NCBI GenBank assembly: GCA_905331295.1
Contig: CAJNYD010000039.1
Location: 348,734-401,530 of the forward strand
DNA from: Rotaria socialis
Taxonomy: Eukaryota
DNA: 52,797 bases
Direction: 5' to 3'
Below, piece by piece: positions 25,448 through 35,654 of the stretch (the first letter of the stretch is position 1; each line of letters starts with the position of its first letter). Below the pieces are notes generated by a model. That model was not told the DNA's origin. It ran no database searches and was given only the letters and a program-made list of their open reading frames with translations. Both the position numbers and the translations under genes were made by a program.

Positions 25448-25671
25448 TCTCCAGACAATTCAGAATGTTCCCCACCAGTCGCTTGACCTGGATCAGAACG
25501 ACGCGGTCGATGATGATGACCACTACCGTGACGATGGTGTCGACCATGATGTGGCGCAGCCGTAGCGAGGCTAAAGCATATCTAATAAAAAGAAGAAGGA
25601 TGTACATATATGCTTGTTGATGCAAACAGGGATCAACTTACTAATGCTATTACGATGAACAACTTTTGCAT
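25448..25671 (-). CDS. Secreted His/Arg-rich protein or peptide precursor (partial; 3' end in gap)
   Basis: Exon 25671-25642, a 60-nt GTAAGT...TTTTATTAG intron, then exon 25581-25448 give MQKLFIVIALICFSLATAAPHHGRHHRHGSGHHHRPRRSDPGQATGGEHSELSG... Confidence 0.8.
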
Positions 25672-26739
25672 GTTTGTGCTGTAGATGATTATGTATCAAA
25701 CATTTCATTTCCGTACCTTTATTTATAGTTGTCAAAGAACTAGGTCGAAAAGGAAAGAAGAAAAAGAATGTACTTTTTTGTTAGATGAATGGAGTCAACA
25801 AGAATTGAAATAGTGATGACGTATATACACGAAAAGGGACATTATTTCGTCACTGGGTGCAATATATTTGGCAAAAAATCCAACCATCTGATAAGTATTC
25901 TTAGGTCATGGTCCGTTAGGCTCTAATATGTATAAAACAAACGAGACCAACAGTGTCACTAATGTTAAATGACTGACTGATGCAAAAGTTGAGCTTCATG
26001 GTAATGCAACCCATACTTCCTGGTGTGTGGGAGGTTGTCCTAGGCCAATTAGACTAGAAGGCGCAACTTAATCGTCGTTTTGCGTTAGCGTGATCCAACA
26101 CTAACTCTGGCATGCTCCAATAAAAGAAAATCATTCTAATGATTATCTAATTCATTCGTCTCAAAAATAATTATTCAGAGCGAAACGTCAAAATTAACAT
26201 TTCTATTCCTCTTATCAATATTATTCAAGTTCTTCCTCTTGAATAATGAAACGGACGGTCAACAGTACTAATTAGAATTGTAGAGTAAAATAAAAAATCA
26301 GTAAATTGAAAAACAATTTATCTGTATTGAAATTAATTGTTGTGCTTGGACCGTTTTTATTTTTTTATTTCGACCACAAGAGCTTTGCTTTAGTTAGTAG
26401 GTCACTCATTGTAACCTCGTTATGCACTTTGAATGTAAGAATATTATTTATAGAAGATGATTAGAAAACGTGGCACATTAACGCGCAACACTATTCATCT
26501 ATGGCAGATGCACACGCATTTAATAATGACGTTGGCGGCAGATGCTGGTGTATTTTAGTCCTAGTAAAATCTGTAAGATTACATTGGTGGTGGGCAGATG
26601 TTTTTCTATGCAAATGCTGGCAAGAGTCGAACAATGATGAAATGATTTATTCTTAAGCTGGTGCGCCATCCATTGTTCTTTTTTTGGAAAGTTTTTTTCT
26701 GAGCATCTCGAGATGAGAAGATCTATTTTTGTATATGGC

Positions 26740-27115
26740 AACCTATGTCAACAAAATAAACGTAAAAATCAGCATATGCATGATTTTCATCGATTCGTTG
26801 CTTCAATAATCGATGAAAATCTGGCAATTATGGTTTTTTATTTGATTAATTTTAAGATTCTAATCGACTTTTTCGCGCATTGGATTCAAAATCAACGTTT
26901 TTTCTTGCTTTATCATCGATTTTCTTACTTTCATCTATTAAAATCGATTGAAAATTAAAATAATCGTTGAAAGATTCTTTTTTATTAATCAATTTGGAAT
27001 CAAATTTTACGAATAGTTAATTTTAATCGGCGACTGATGATTTTCTTCTCGAAGATAATCGATTGACAGTGCTTTCAATCCATATAAATCGATTATATTG
27101 TTTAATCGATTAAAA
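26740..27115. repeat. Transposon-end-like sequence rich in AATCGAT motifs; diverged direct copy at ~28621-28985
   Basis: AAAAATCA.CAT...CATGATTTTCATCGATTCG...AATAATCGATGAAA...TTGATTAATTTTAAGATT is shared by both copies. Confidence 0.8.
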
Positions 27116-27727
27116 TCTTAAATCGAAAAATCATTTACAATACAGTAACATTGATCATGATTTAACGGAATAATTTAGATTTTTGACTCAATTGAAGAAT
27201 TTTAGTGAATATTATCAAACTAACATTCGCAGATGTAGAGACAGCAATTTATAGAGTCATAAACGGCAAATACACTCATCATATTTGTGGGAAGCAAATT
27301 TAACGAACTAAAGTGTATTTTTTTATAACAAAAAATTGTAATCACCTTGCAACAATTGGCAATGATATGTAGCTACTGTCATTGATTATCAGTGCCCCTC
27401 AATAATGATGTCTACTACATATGACATTAGAAATAATTAGTTCTAGTCAATATGTAAATGCATTTGTTGGCATTGATTCGAAGAATTCATCTTTTGGATG
27501 GCTTTCTGATTCACTTTTATCATTATAGAAAAAAATTTTCAATTGATTTCTAAACGCTTAAGTTGTGTGCTCTAAAGACCAATCGAAGTTACTACCGAAG
27601 CAAATACAAGAAAAATATTGATTAGCTGTTTGAACGCTTCGGTTCCATTGATGTTACAGTTTATTTTCTTCTTTTAACAAACAAAATCAAGCGATGAGAA
27701 ATACATGCAATCATTTTTCACAATTTC

Positions 27728-28620
27728 TCACGAACAATGATCAAGTGTCGGTTGTCTGAAGAAGTAGGTTATACCTGCCGAACTTCGAAAAAAGATACTT
27801 TTTTCAACAAAAGCTCTGACTTCTATCGGAACGTAACTCCACTTAGTAGTTGTTGCGAAAAGAATATTGCGGTAAACAAAATTCTCCGTATCATCGATTT
27901 CACAAGTGAGTGGAGTAAGATTTGCGATGTATACGACAAGGAGATGAGGTTCACCATCATCAATGGTAAAAATCGATCGAATTTTACCAGGATGCTGCAC
28001 ATTATCAAAGATAAAAATTATATTTGAGTCATCAGCAGCTTTCCCATCAGCATCGGTACGTGTGCATAAACGAATTCTGCCAACATGAACAATTTGGTAA
28101 TATTTGATTTTGTGAATGGGAAAAGAAGACGAACTAGTGAATCATCCTCTTTTCGTAAGTGACCCAATTGGCAGTGCTTTGAATCATCACTTTTACGGTG
28201 GCAACCGAATCGATTAAATAGATAGTTGGCAAAACTCGAATTCATAAAATAAAATTATTCAAATGGCAAAAATATGCTTCCTGTATTAGATGAAGATTAC
28301 CTATTCATTCTTCTGAATGTCTCCTGGTGCTTTTCGTGATACGCGTCAAAAAGCCTATAGAATAAAAAAAACTTTATCAATAAAATTAAATAATTCAAAA
28401 ATTTTACCCAGTTCGAAAACGAACTGGAACGTAGTGAAAGTATGAACTGATCCGAAGTCGTATATATTGTATTCGATATATGTAACACAGAATGGATGAC
28501 TTGTGCACAGTGTCGTGCATTATAAAGCTTAGGAAAATTGATTATGAAGTTTTTATCAAGACGACTAACAACATCTATGTACGACGAATGAATTTCACGG
28601 CTTTCAGACAGGTGCATCGA
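27728..28620 (-). pseudogene. Decayed C-terminal part of a CMC-type transposase
   Basis: FIINFPKLYNARHCAQVIHSVLHI followed, in a shifted frame, by TFQF..ELG-like sequence. Fragmented downstream ORFs; lies between two copies of a transposon-end repeat. Confidence 0.5.
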
Positions 28621-29420
28621 CCCATGTAAAAAAAACAAGCCTAAAAATCAACATTTACATGATTTTCATCGATTCGGAGTTCCAATAATCGATGAAATTC
28701 TAGTAATTGTGCTTTTTGATTAATTTTAAGATTATAATCGGCTTTTTCTCGTGTTTGATTTGGAATCAATATTTTTTCATCGATAATCGTCGAGTTTTTT
28801 TACTAGAATTGAATAAAATCGATTAATACGAAGTATAATCGCTTGTTTCTGATTACTTATTAATCAGTTAGAATCTATTTTCAGGAATAATCTATTTTCA
28901 AAGGTAACTGATGACTTTTTCAAGATTAAAATTGAATGATATCGATTATGATCTAATAGAATCTGTTATGCTTTGGAATCGGTCATAATTATTAGACTAA
29001 GGAACCTCAGAAACTAGCTAATACTGATTATATAGTCTACCACAATCGATAACGTTCTTTATTCTCTGAAGATGCAGATTTACCTTATCGTTGTGTACAT
29101 GAGTAAGTAAGTTAAGATATGTTATGGGAGCAGTAGGATGCAGTGAAGAGAAATGAATAATAAACTATTCAGTGAAATGGAGACGCGTGTTGATGAATAA
29201 ATCCAGTGATGATGATTACGGAAAACGTTTTTTAGACTAGGAGCTATCTTGCATGTATTTTTATAGAAAAAAGAGTAAAAAGATTTGATTTTTCTTCCAT
29301 ACAAAAATGCACGTCTCTGTATAATGAAAAATCACAATCTATCAGTAACAAAACTTATTAGCGAAGGTTTTTTCATTGTTTTTCACAATCAAACTAATGC
29401 CTCTAATTTAATGTAGAAAG

Positions 29421-29831
29421 CAAGGAGAAACAAATTGATTTCCAGGCATAGAAATCACTAGAAAATCATCATACATTAAAGATGTGAATGACGACTCAGT
29501 TGTTAGAAATTACAAGAAAAAAATGTAAAAAAACGTAAATCACAGAAATTCTCGAATTATATAGCGAAAGGTAATATTGATTTCTATTAATTACTGATGA
29601 TTTTTACTAATTTCCTGTTTTTTTCAGAATGTGCAATGTTTTTAGTGGCCACTGTTGATTTCTAGTGATTTTTCATCATTATTCAACGTTTCTAAACGTT
29701 TCCAATGATTTCTGCTGGTTTGCAATGATTATATAAAAACTGATTTCCAGTCATAGAAATCAAAGAAATCAAAGAAATCAAAGAAATCACGGAGATCAAG
29801 AAATCAGTTTGCTCCCCCCCCTCCCCCCTTG
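29421..29831. mobile_element. Decayed P-like MITE with AGAAATCA repeats
   Basis: CAAGG...CAAATTGATTTC pairs with GAAATCAGTTTG...CCCCTTG; tandem AGAAATCAA at 29756-29790; no TSD seen. Confidence 0.5.
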
Positions 29832-30169
29832 GCTATACACACACCTATGACTATGGACTGAAATTGATGAATTTTGAGGGTAATTAGCACTTGGAAATGT
29901 TGATTATACGATGATTTCACTCGTTATGAATATGAATGCTATGATGATGAACGTTGACAAAAATTTTATCAACATTGCTGGTATCAATGCAGTTGGCACA
30001 CCTTCAACCTCGTTTCTATAATCAGGTCTTTTTGCAAACTATATGTTCAATTTGATTTTTAATTGCGTTTATGTTCTATGTGAAACTTAGCGATGACCTC
30101 TAGAGATATTCTGACACTGAATTTTCAAACGTTAATCAGATTTTCTCTTAGTGAATTAACAGTGATAGC

Positions 30170-30297
30170 CAAGGGGGGAAACGGCAAACTTTTGAACTTT
30201 TGGACTTGAAGTTACTTGAGGTTACTTTAAGCTACTTGTCCTTACTTTGAAGTACTTTGGCGTACTTTTCTACTTCAAGCCCGTCGTTTTCCCCTTG
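30170..30297. mobile_element. 128-bp P-element-type MITE
   Basis: CAAGGGG and CCCCTTG termini with a perfect 8-bp TSD GTGATAGC (30162-30169, 30298-30305). Confidence 0.9.
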
Positions 30298-31533
30298 GTG
30301 ATAGCTCATCGTCGTATTTTATTTATGATTGGAATCGTAACTGTCATTGAATAACTGTTCTATTTAGTAATACAAGCGGAATTCAAATGACTATTTCCAG
30401 ATGAATGCAACTTTATTATGTAAATATTACATTTAAGGTGAAAATAGATGTTGACGTACGATAGCATTTTTCTCTCAAAAGTTTCATGTGATGAAATAGA
30501 TGAAATTCAAATAGTGTAAACATGCAATAGGATGGTGCTTATACTGATTGGTATTTTATTGCAAGCAGGATAAAAAGTACCACTAAAGAATGGTTTCCCT
30601 TCTTGTTACAAAGAAAATACTTCATCTATCAAAAAAAAACAATACTTTTTCTATTCACTTAGAAACCATTACTCCTTTCTGTCTTCCTACTCGCTTGAAA
30701 AAGCCAGCACAATCAATCTAATCCTAGATTACTGTTGAATAAGTGAGTTTTAACAAAAACATTGACAGCGTTAATTGAGATTTCTAAATTGATGGTATTT
30801 GTGGTTAGACTTGACTATCATGTCACTCAAATTATAGCATCAAGAAAAAATGATGGTATACGTTTTACGCGTTTTCAAGAAATTCCCTTCGTTTACATCT
30901 CTGCAGAATAAAATCTTAATGAACACAATAATCCGAATGTACGTAATAAGCAGAGAAAAATGGTGCTTGCCACCTGGTCATCACCATGGAAAGGAATCAT
31001 ATGTGCTCTTACGTAGCAGTTATATTCAGAGACGTCCCCATAGCATGTGTTTTTGCTCATTCAACATGTCAGCAGTGGATACAGCATTGCGTCGTGAATA
31101 TTTTTGGTATCATCTCGGTTTTCGAAAATCATATGGAAAAAAGCAAAAAAATATAACGCTACTAATAAAGAACGAAAATAGGACAGCAATTTTGACTTGT
31201 TTCATTTCTTAATACATCCTTTTACTTTCTCTCCACTTTCGCTTTATTTTCATTTTGCTTTCTGTCACTTCCTATGTACGTTCTGGTGAATTCTGTCACA
31301 TGTTTTTTCTTTATAGAACACAGAAAGTTTGGATCTTTTTTTCTATAATACAACACGTAGAAAACAAAATGTTTTGATATTTTTTTCTTTTCCTTTTACA
31401 AAGAAATATCTTTATTGTCTATGTAATGAGCAGAAATATGTAAATATTCGTCCTCATTTTACTTTTTCAGCATACTAGAAAAATCATCGAAATAATATCT
31501 CTTGCCTTTCTAATTTGAAACAAACTGCACAGC

Positions 31534-33519
31534 ATGTCGACCGAAAAATTTCGACCTCCTTCGATTCCCTTAGTGACTCACACACCTTACTTTAGTATTT
31601 GGTGCATGGCTAACCAGTTGGCCGACGTATGGAGTACACATTGGACGGGGCATAGTCAATCGATGTGCGGCTTAATTCGAATTGACGGATCTGCTCTGCG
31701 TTTTATGGGTTTGCAGCCAACTGACATCCCAGTTCTTACACAAAAGAGTGTAACCGTGTCAGCGACCACAACCACGTTCGAATTTGAAGAGTATGGTATT
31801 GCTTTGAGCGTAGAATTTCTTTCTCCACTTCTGCCGAAAGATCTTGATCTTCTAACTCGACCTGTTACTTATGTGAACTTTACGTTGCATGCTACAGATG
31901 GAAATGAACATTCTGTAGAAATCTATTTCGACAATACAGCAGAATTGGTCGTCAATGACGTTAATCAAAAAGTCCTTGCAGCACAACACAATGTTAAAGA
32001 CATACAAGTACTCTCATTTAAGTCTGTTGAACAGTTGATTCTCGGGAAAAAAGGTGACGACGTTCGAATAGATTGGGGAATTCAATATTTAGCCATACCC
32101 GAGGCCACACAAGGTCAAACGTTTATAGGTGCCACCGAACTAAGCCGTAACACATTCGCTCATCAAGGCATTTTACCAAATTCCAACACGATGAAGTTTC
32201 CACGAGCTGTCAATGATGATTGGCCAGGTATTTCAGCTGTTCTTACATTTAATAAAGTAAGCCGTTATCCAGTTTCTCGTCATTTATTGCTCGCTTACGA
32301 CGAATTGTATTCGGTCGAGTATTTTCATCGCAAATTGAAACCTTATTGGAAGCGGAATGGTCTTCAGATAGATGAACTATTGATAAGAGCAGAATCTGAA
32401 TACGTTTCAGTTCGTAATCGATGCAATGAATTCAATAGAATACTTCGCCAAGAGTTGAATGATCGCGGTGGAACAAAATATTCAAAAATTGCTGAACTAG
32501 CTTTTCGGCAATGCTTGTCGGCTCACGCCATTGTTCAAGATGTTGACGGCACATTACTCATGTTTAGTAAAGAGAATAGCAGCAATGGTTGTATGGGAAC
32601 AATAGATGTAACCTATCCAGGTGCTCCTTTCTTTCTTTATTTCAATTCAGATCTACTCAAGGCTCAAATTGTACCTGTCCTCAACTATGCTGCAAGGCCA
32701 TCTTGGAAATTTCCTTTTGCTCCTCATGATCTTGGAATTTATCCACAAGCAAATGGACAAGTATATGGAGGTGGTGAACATTCAGAACAATATCAAATGC
32801 CCGTCGAAGAATGTGGTAATATGCTTATTCTAACTGCTGCTGTTTGCAAAATACAAAACAAAACAGATTTAGCTGACCAACACTGGGAAATACTACAAAA
32901 ATGGGCACACTATATTTTGCTATTTGGTTTAAATCCATCAAATCAGTTATGCACAGATGACTTCGCCGGCCACCTTGCACATAATGCTAATCTTTCACTA
33001 AAGGCAATTATGGCGATTGGAGCTTTTGCGAAGCTCTGTGAATTGCGAATGGATAAAACGCAAGCAGATTTTTTCTATCTGATTGCACAGAAAATGGCAG
33101 CCAAATGGCTAACATTAGCCGACGATGGTGATCATTACCGGCTTGCATTCGATAGAAAAGGAAGCTGGAGCCAGAAGTATAATCTTGTGTGGCAACAACT
33201 TTTCAATTTCAATATATTTCCCACTTCTGTAGCACAAAAGGAAATTAATTATTATCTGAAGCATCAGAACAAATTTGGTCTTCCATTAGACTATCGAGCA
33301 GATTATACGAAAGCTGATTGGATTGTATGGACGGCTTGTCTTACGAAAACAAAACAAGTCTTTCAAGCTTTTATCACTCCATTATATGATTTCCTTAATG
33401 TTTCCGTCGATAGAGTCCCTTTTTCCGATCTGTATGATACAAAGACAGGTCGGCAAGTGGGATTCCATGCACGTAGTGTTGTTGGAGGAGTATTTTTACC
33501 ACTTTTAAAACCGTTTTGA
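31534..33519 (+). CDS. gtaA: Glutaminase A family protein (GtaA; DUF4964/DUF5127/DUF4965/DUF1793 architecture), intronless, bacterial-like
   Basis: Intact 661-aa ORF with RPPSIPLVTHTPYFSIW, KENSSNGCMGTIDVTYP, APHDLGIYP, MPVEECGNM, QLCTDDFAG, WSQKYNLVW, YTKADW and ARSVVGGVF. Confidence 0.92.
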   Translation: MSTEKFRPPSIPLVTHTPYFSIWCMANQLADVWSTHWTGHSQSMCGLIRIDGSALRFMGLQPTDIPVLTQKSVTVSATTTTFEFEEYGIALSVEFLSPLLPKDLDLLTRPVTYVNFTLHATDGNEHSVEIYFDNTAELVVNDVNQKVLAAQHNVKDIQVLSFKSVEQLILGKKGDDVRIDWGIQYLAIPEATQGQTFIGATELSRNTFAHQGILPNSNTMKFPRAVNDDWPGISAVLTFNKVSRYPVSRHLLLAYDELYSVEYFHRKLKPYWKRNGLQIDELLIRAESEYVSVRNRCNEFNRILRQELNDRGGTKYSKIAELAFRQCLSAHAIVQDVDGTLLMFSKENSSNGCMGTIDVTYPGAPFFLYFNSDLLKAQIVPVLNYAARPSWKFPFAPHDLGIYPQANGQVYGGGEHSEQYQMPVEECGNMLILTAAVCKIQNKTDLADQHWEILQKWAHYILLFGLNPSNQLCTDDFAGHLAHNANLSLKAIMAIGAFAKLCELRMDKTQADFFYLIAQKMAAKWLTLADDGDHYRLAFDRKGSWSQKYNLVWQQLFNFNIFPTSVAQKEINYYLKHQNKFGLPLDYRADYTKADWIVWTACLTKTKQVFQAFITPLYDFLNVSVDRVPFSDLYDTKTGRQVGFHARSVVGGVFLPLLKPF

Positions 33520-34417
33520 TCTTTCGGTCGATATACGTGATTGATTATACGAAAATCAAGAGACTCTTTTTGGCAAAAGATCAATAAAATAGATTCATAT
33601 CAAAGACTATCAGAAAAAATAAATCTGATTTCAAAATTTGAGATTTTATTTAAAAGATATTTATCACACCGATGCAGAATTCGTCGCTACCCTATGTTAT
33701 AATGGGTGTGGGTGTCTTCCTTACCCACACCGACACCCACACCCATCTGTGTTGCCCGTGCACGTTGAAGCTATCTATCAAAAGATACTTTGCTTTAAAT
33801 AGTTTACAAACGTCAGACATAGCAGTAGCTCTATTCCATGTAAAAAATCAAAAACGACGTATGTGTAAAACAATCATGAGGTAGATCATTCGTTCCATAA
33901 CGATATTTATGCTTCCATTAATATTCAAGTTACACAACAACTCTTTTTTTTTATTTATCAAAATTTAAAAATTCATTCAATGGAGACAATTATCCGAAAC
34001 TAGCAAATTTTTACAGCTCTTTTCCGTTTAAAAAATTGTTCTACTACTGGCATTAGGTCAGATGAAGGAGCAATATGAAACATTTTCTATTACATAGTTT
34101 CTAGTACCTTTAGTCCGTTTAGCACACCTATTTCTTCTGTAAGCTTCAGTTTCTTTCGAGTATTTTGCACCTTTGCTACTCAGGACATTAAAAGGAGTAA
34201 AGGAGGAAGACTGATGCAACTCTTAGAGCTAAAATCAAAACGATATAAATTGTTATTTTTCGCAGACCCACTTCAATGAAGCTGCTGTTGGGCAGGGCCC
34301 TTTACTGAAAGGTAGTCGAAGTAGAAGTATTATTCTACTATAGGTTGCAACGGAATCAAATCTATCTAACACTTTCAGACTGGTACCAGTACGGTTCTTC
34401 AAAAATCTGAACCTCTA

Positions 34418-35476
34418 CACTGAAAAAAAAGGTACCATACCGAACCCTAAAGGTTTCCGATTTTTGCAACCAAATCGAAATCCTTTGAGGTTTCGTAGAA
34501 ATTGGATTTCGTAAAAAGCCTTAATTTTAATAGCTGATAACAGGAGTTTCGTACTTGGGGTTCAGTATAATTCACCACGCAATGTTGAATGAAAGATTCG
34601 CCGGGTGCTATGCTCCATTATGGAAGTAGTTTTCCACCACTATCCACTGCAAAACACACCCACTCTCTAAANNNNNNNNNNNNNNNNNNNNNNNNNNNNN
34701 NNNNNNNNNNNNNNNNNNNNNNNNNNNNNNNNNNNNNNNNNNNNNNNNNNNNNNNNNNNNNNNNNNNNNNNNNNNNNNNNNNNNNNNNNNNNNNNNNNNN
34801 NNNNNNNNNNNNNNNNNNNNNNNNNNNNNNNNNNNNNNNNNNNNNNNNNNNNNNNNNNNNNNNNNNNNNNNNNNNNNNNNNNNNNNNNNNNNNNNNNNNN
34901 NNNNNNNNNNNNNNNNNNNNNNNNNNNNNNNNNNNNNNNNNNNNNNNNNNNNNNNNNNNNNNNNNNNNNNNNNNNNNNNNNNNNNNNNNNNNNNNNNNNN
35001 NNNNNNNNNNNNNNNNNNNNNNNNNNNNNNNNNNNNNNNNNNNNNNNNNNNNNNNNNNNNNNNNNNNNNNNNNNNNNNNNNNNNNNNNNNNNNNNNNNNN
35101 NNNNNNNNNNNNNNNNNNNNNNNNNNNNNNNNNNNNNNNNNNNNNNNNNNNNNNNNNNNNNNNNNNNNNNNNNNNNNNNNNNNNNNNNNNNNNNNNNNNN
35201 NNNNNNNNNNNNNNNNNNNNNNNNNNNNNNNATATTACGAAACCTTTCTGAATACGAAACTCAAAAGAGTTTTTGACCAAACCTCTGTGGCAACGTAAAA
35301 TTCGAAGGGTTCCGGACGAAACCTTTTTATATTTTAAAACTCTTTAAAGTCTTTTACGAAACCTTGGATATCGCGAAACCTCATGCAGGTTTCGCATTAT
35401 TCTACTGATACTTATATAGTATAGTAAAACTCGACGAAACCTCAAAGGTTTCGTGTGGTACCTTTTTTTTTCAGTG
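34418..35476. mobile_element. Non-autonomous EnSpm/CMC element (contains N gap 34672-35231)
   Basis: TIRs CACTGAAAAAAAAGGTACCA and TGGTACCTTTTTTTTTCAGTG, 2-bp TA TSD, CGAAACC/GGTTTCG subterminal repeats. Confidence 0.9.
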
Positions 35477-35654
35477 TATCATCTCTGATATTTTTGCATA
35501 CTCAGTGTGAACTGTTTCATTGATTGCGCTAGTCGATAACTGAGAACTAAGAGTTAAGAATTATAGCTCGATGATTATCGGTGAATAAAATTCGAATTGT
35601 TCAATAATAGAAATAATTCACACTGTTAAAGTATATTTTAGAATACGAAGAACG

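Noticed and set aside
24739..25625. Long X-containing ORFs here and at 34589-35280 and 45626-46026
   Set aside because: Artefacts of N gaps.
30850..31212. 120-aa ORF upstream of gtaA
   Set aside because: No motif or coding-like composition; probably promoter or UTR sequence.
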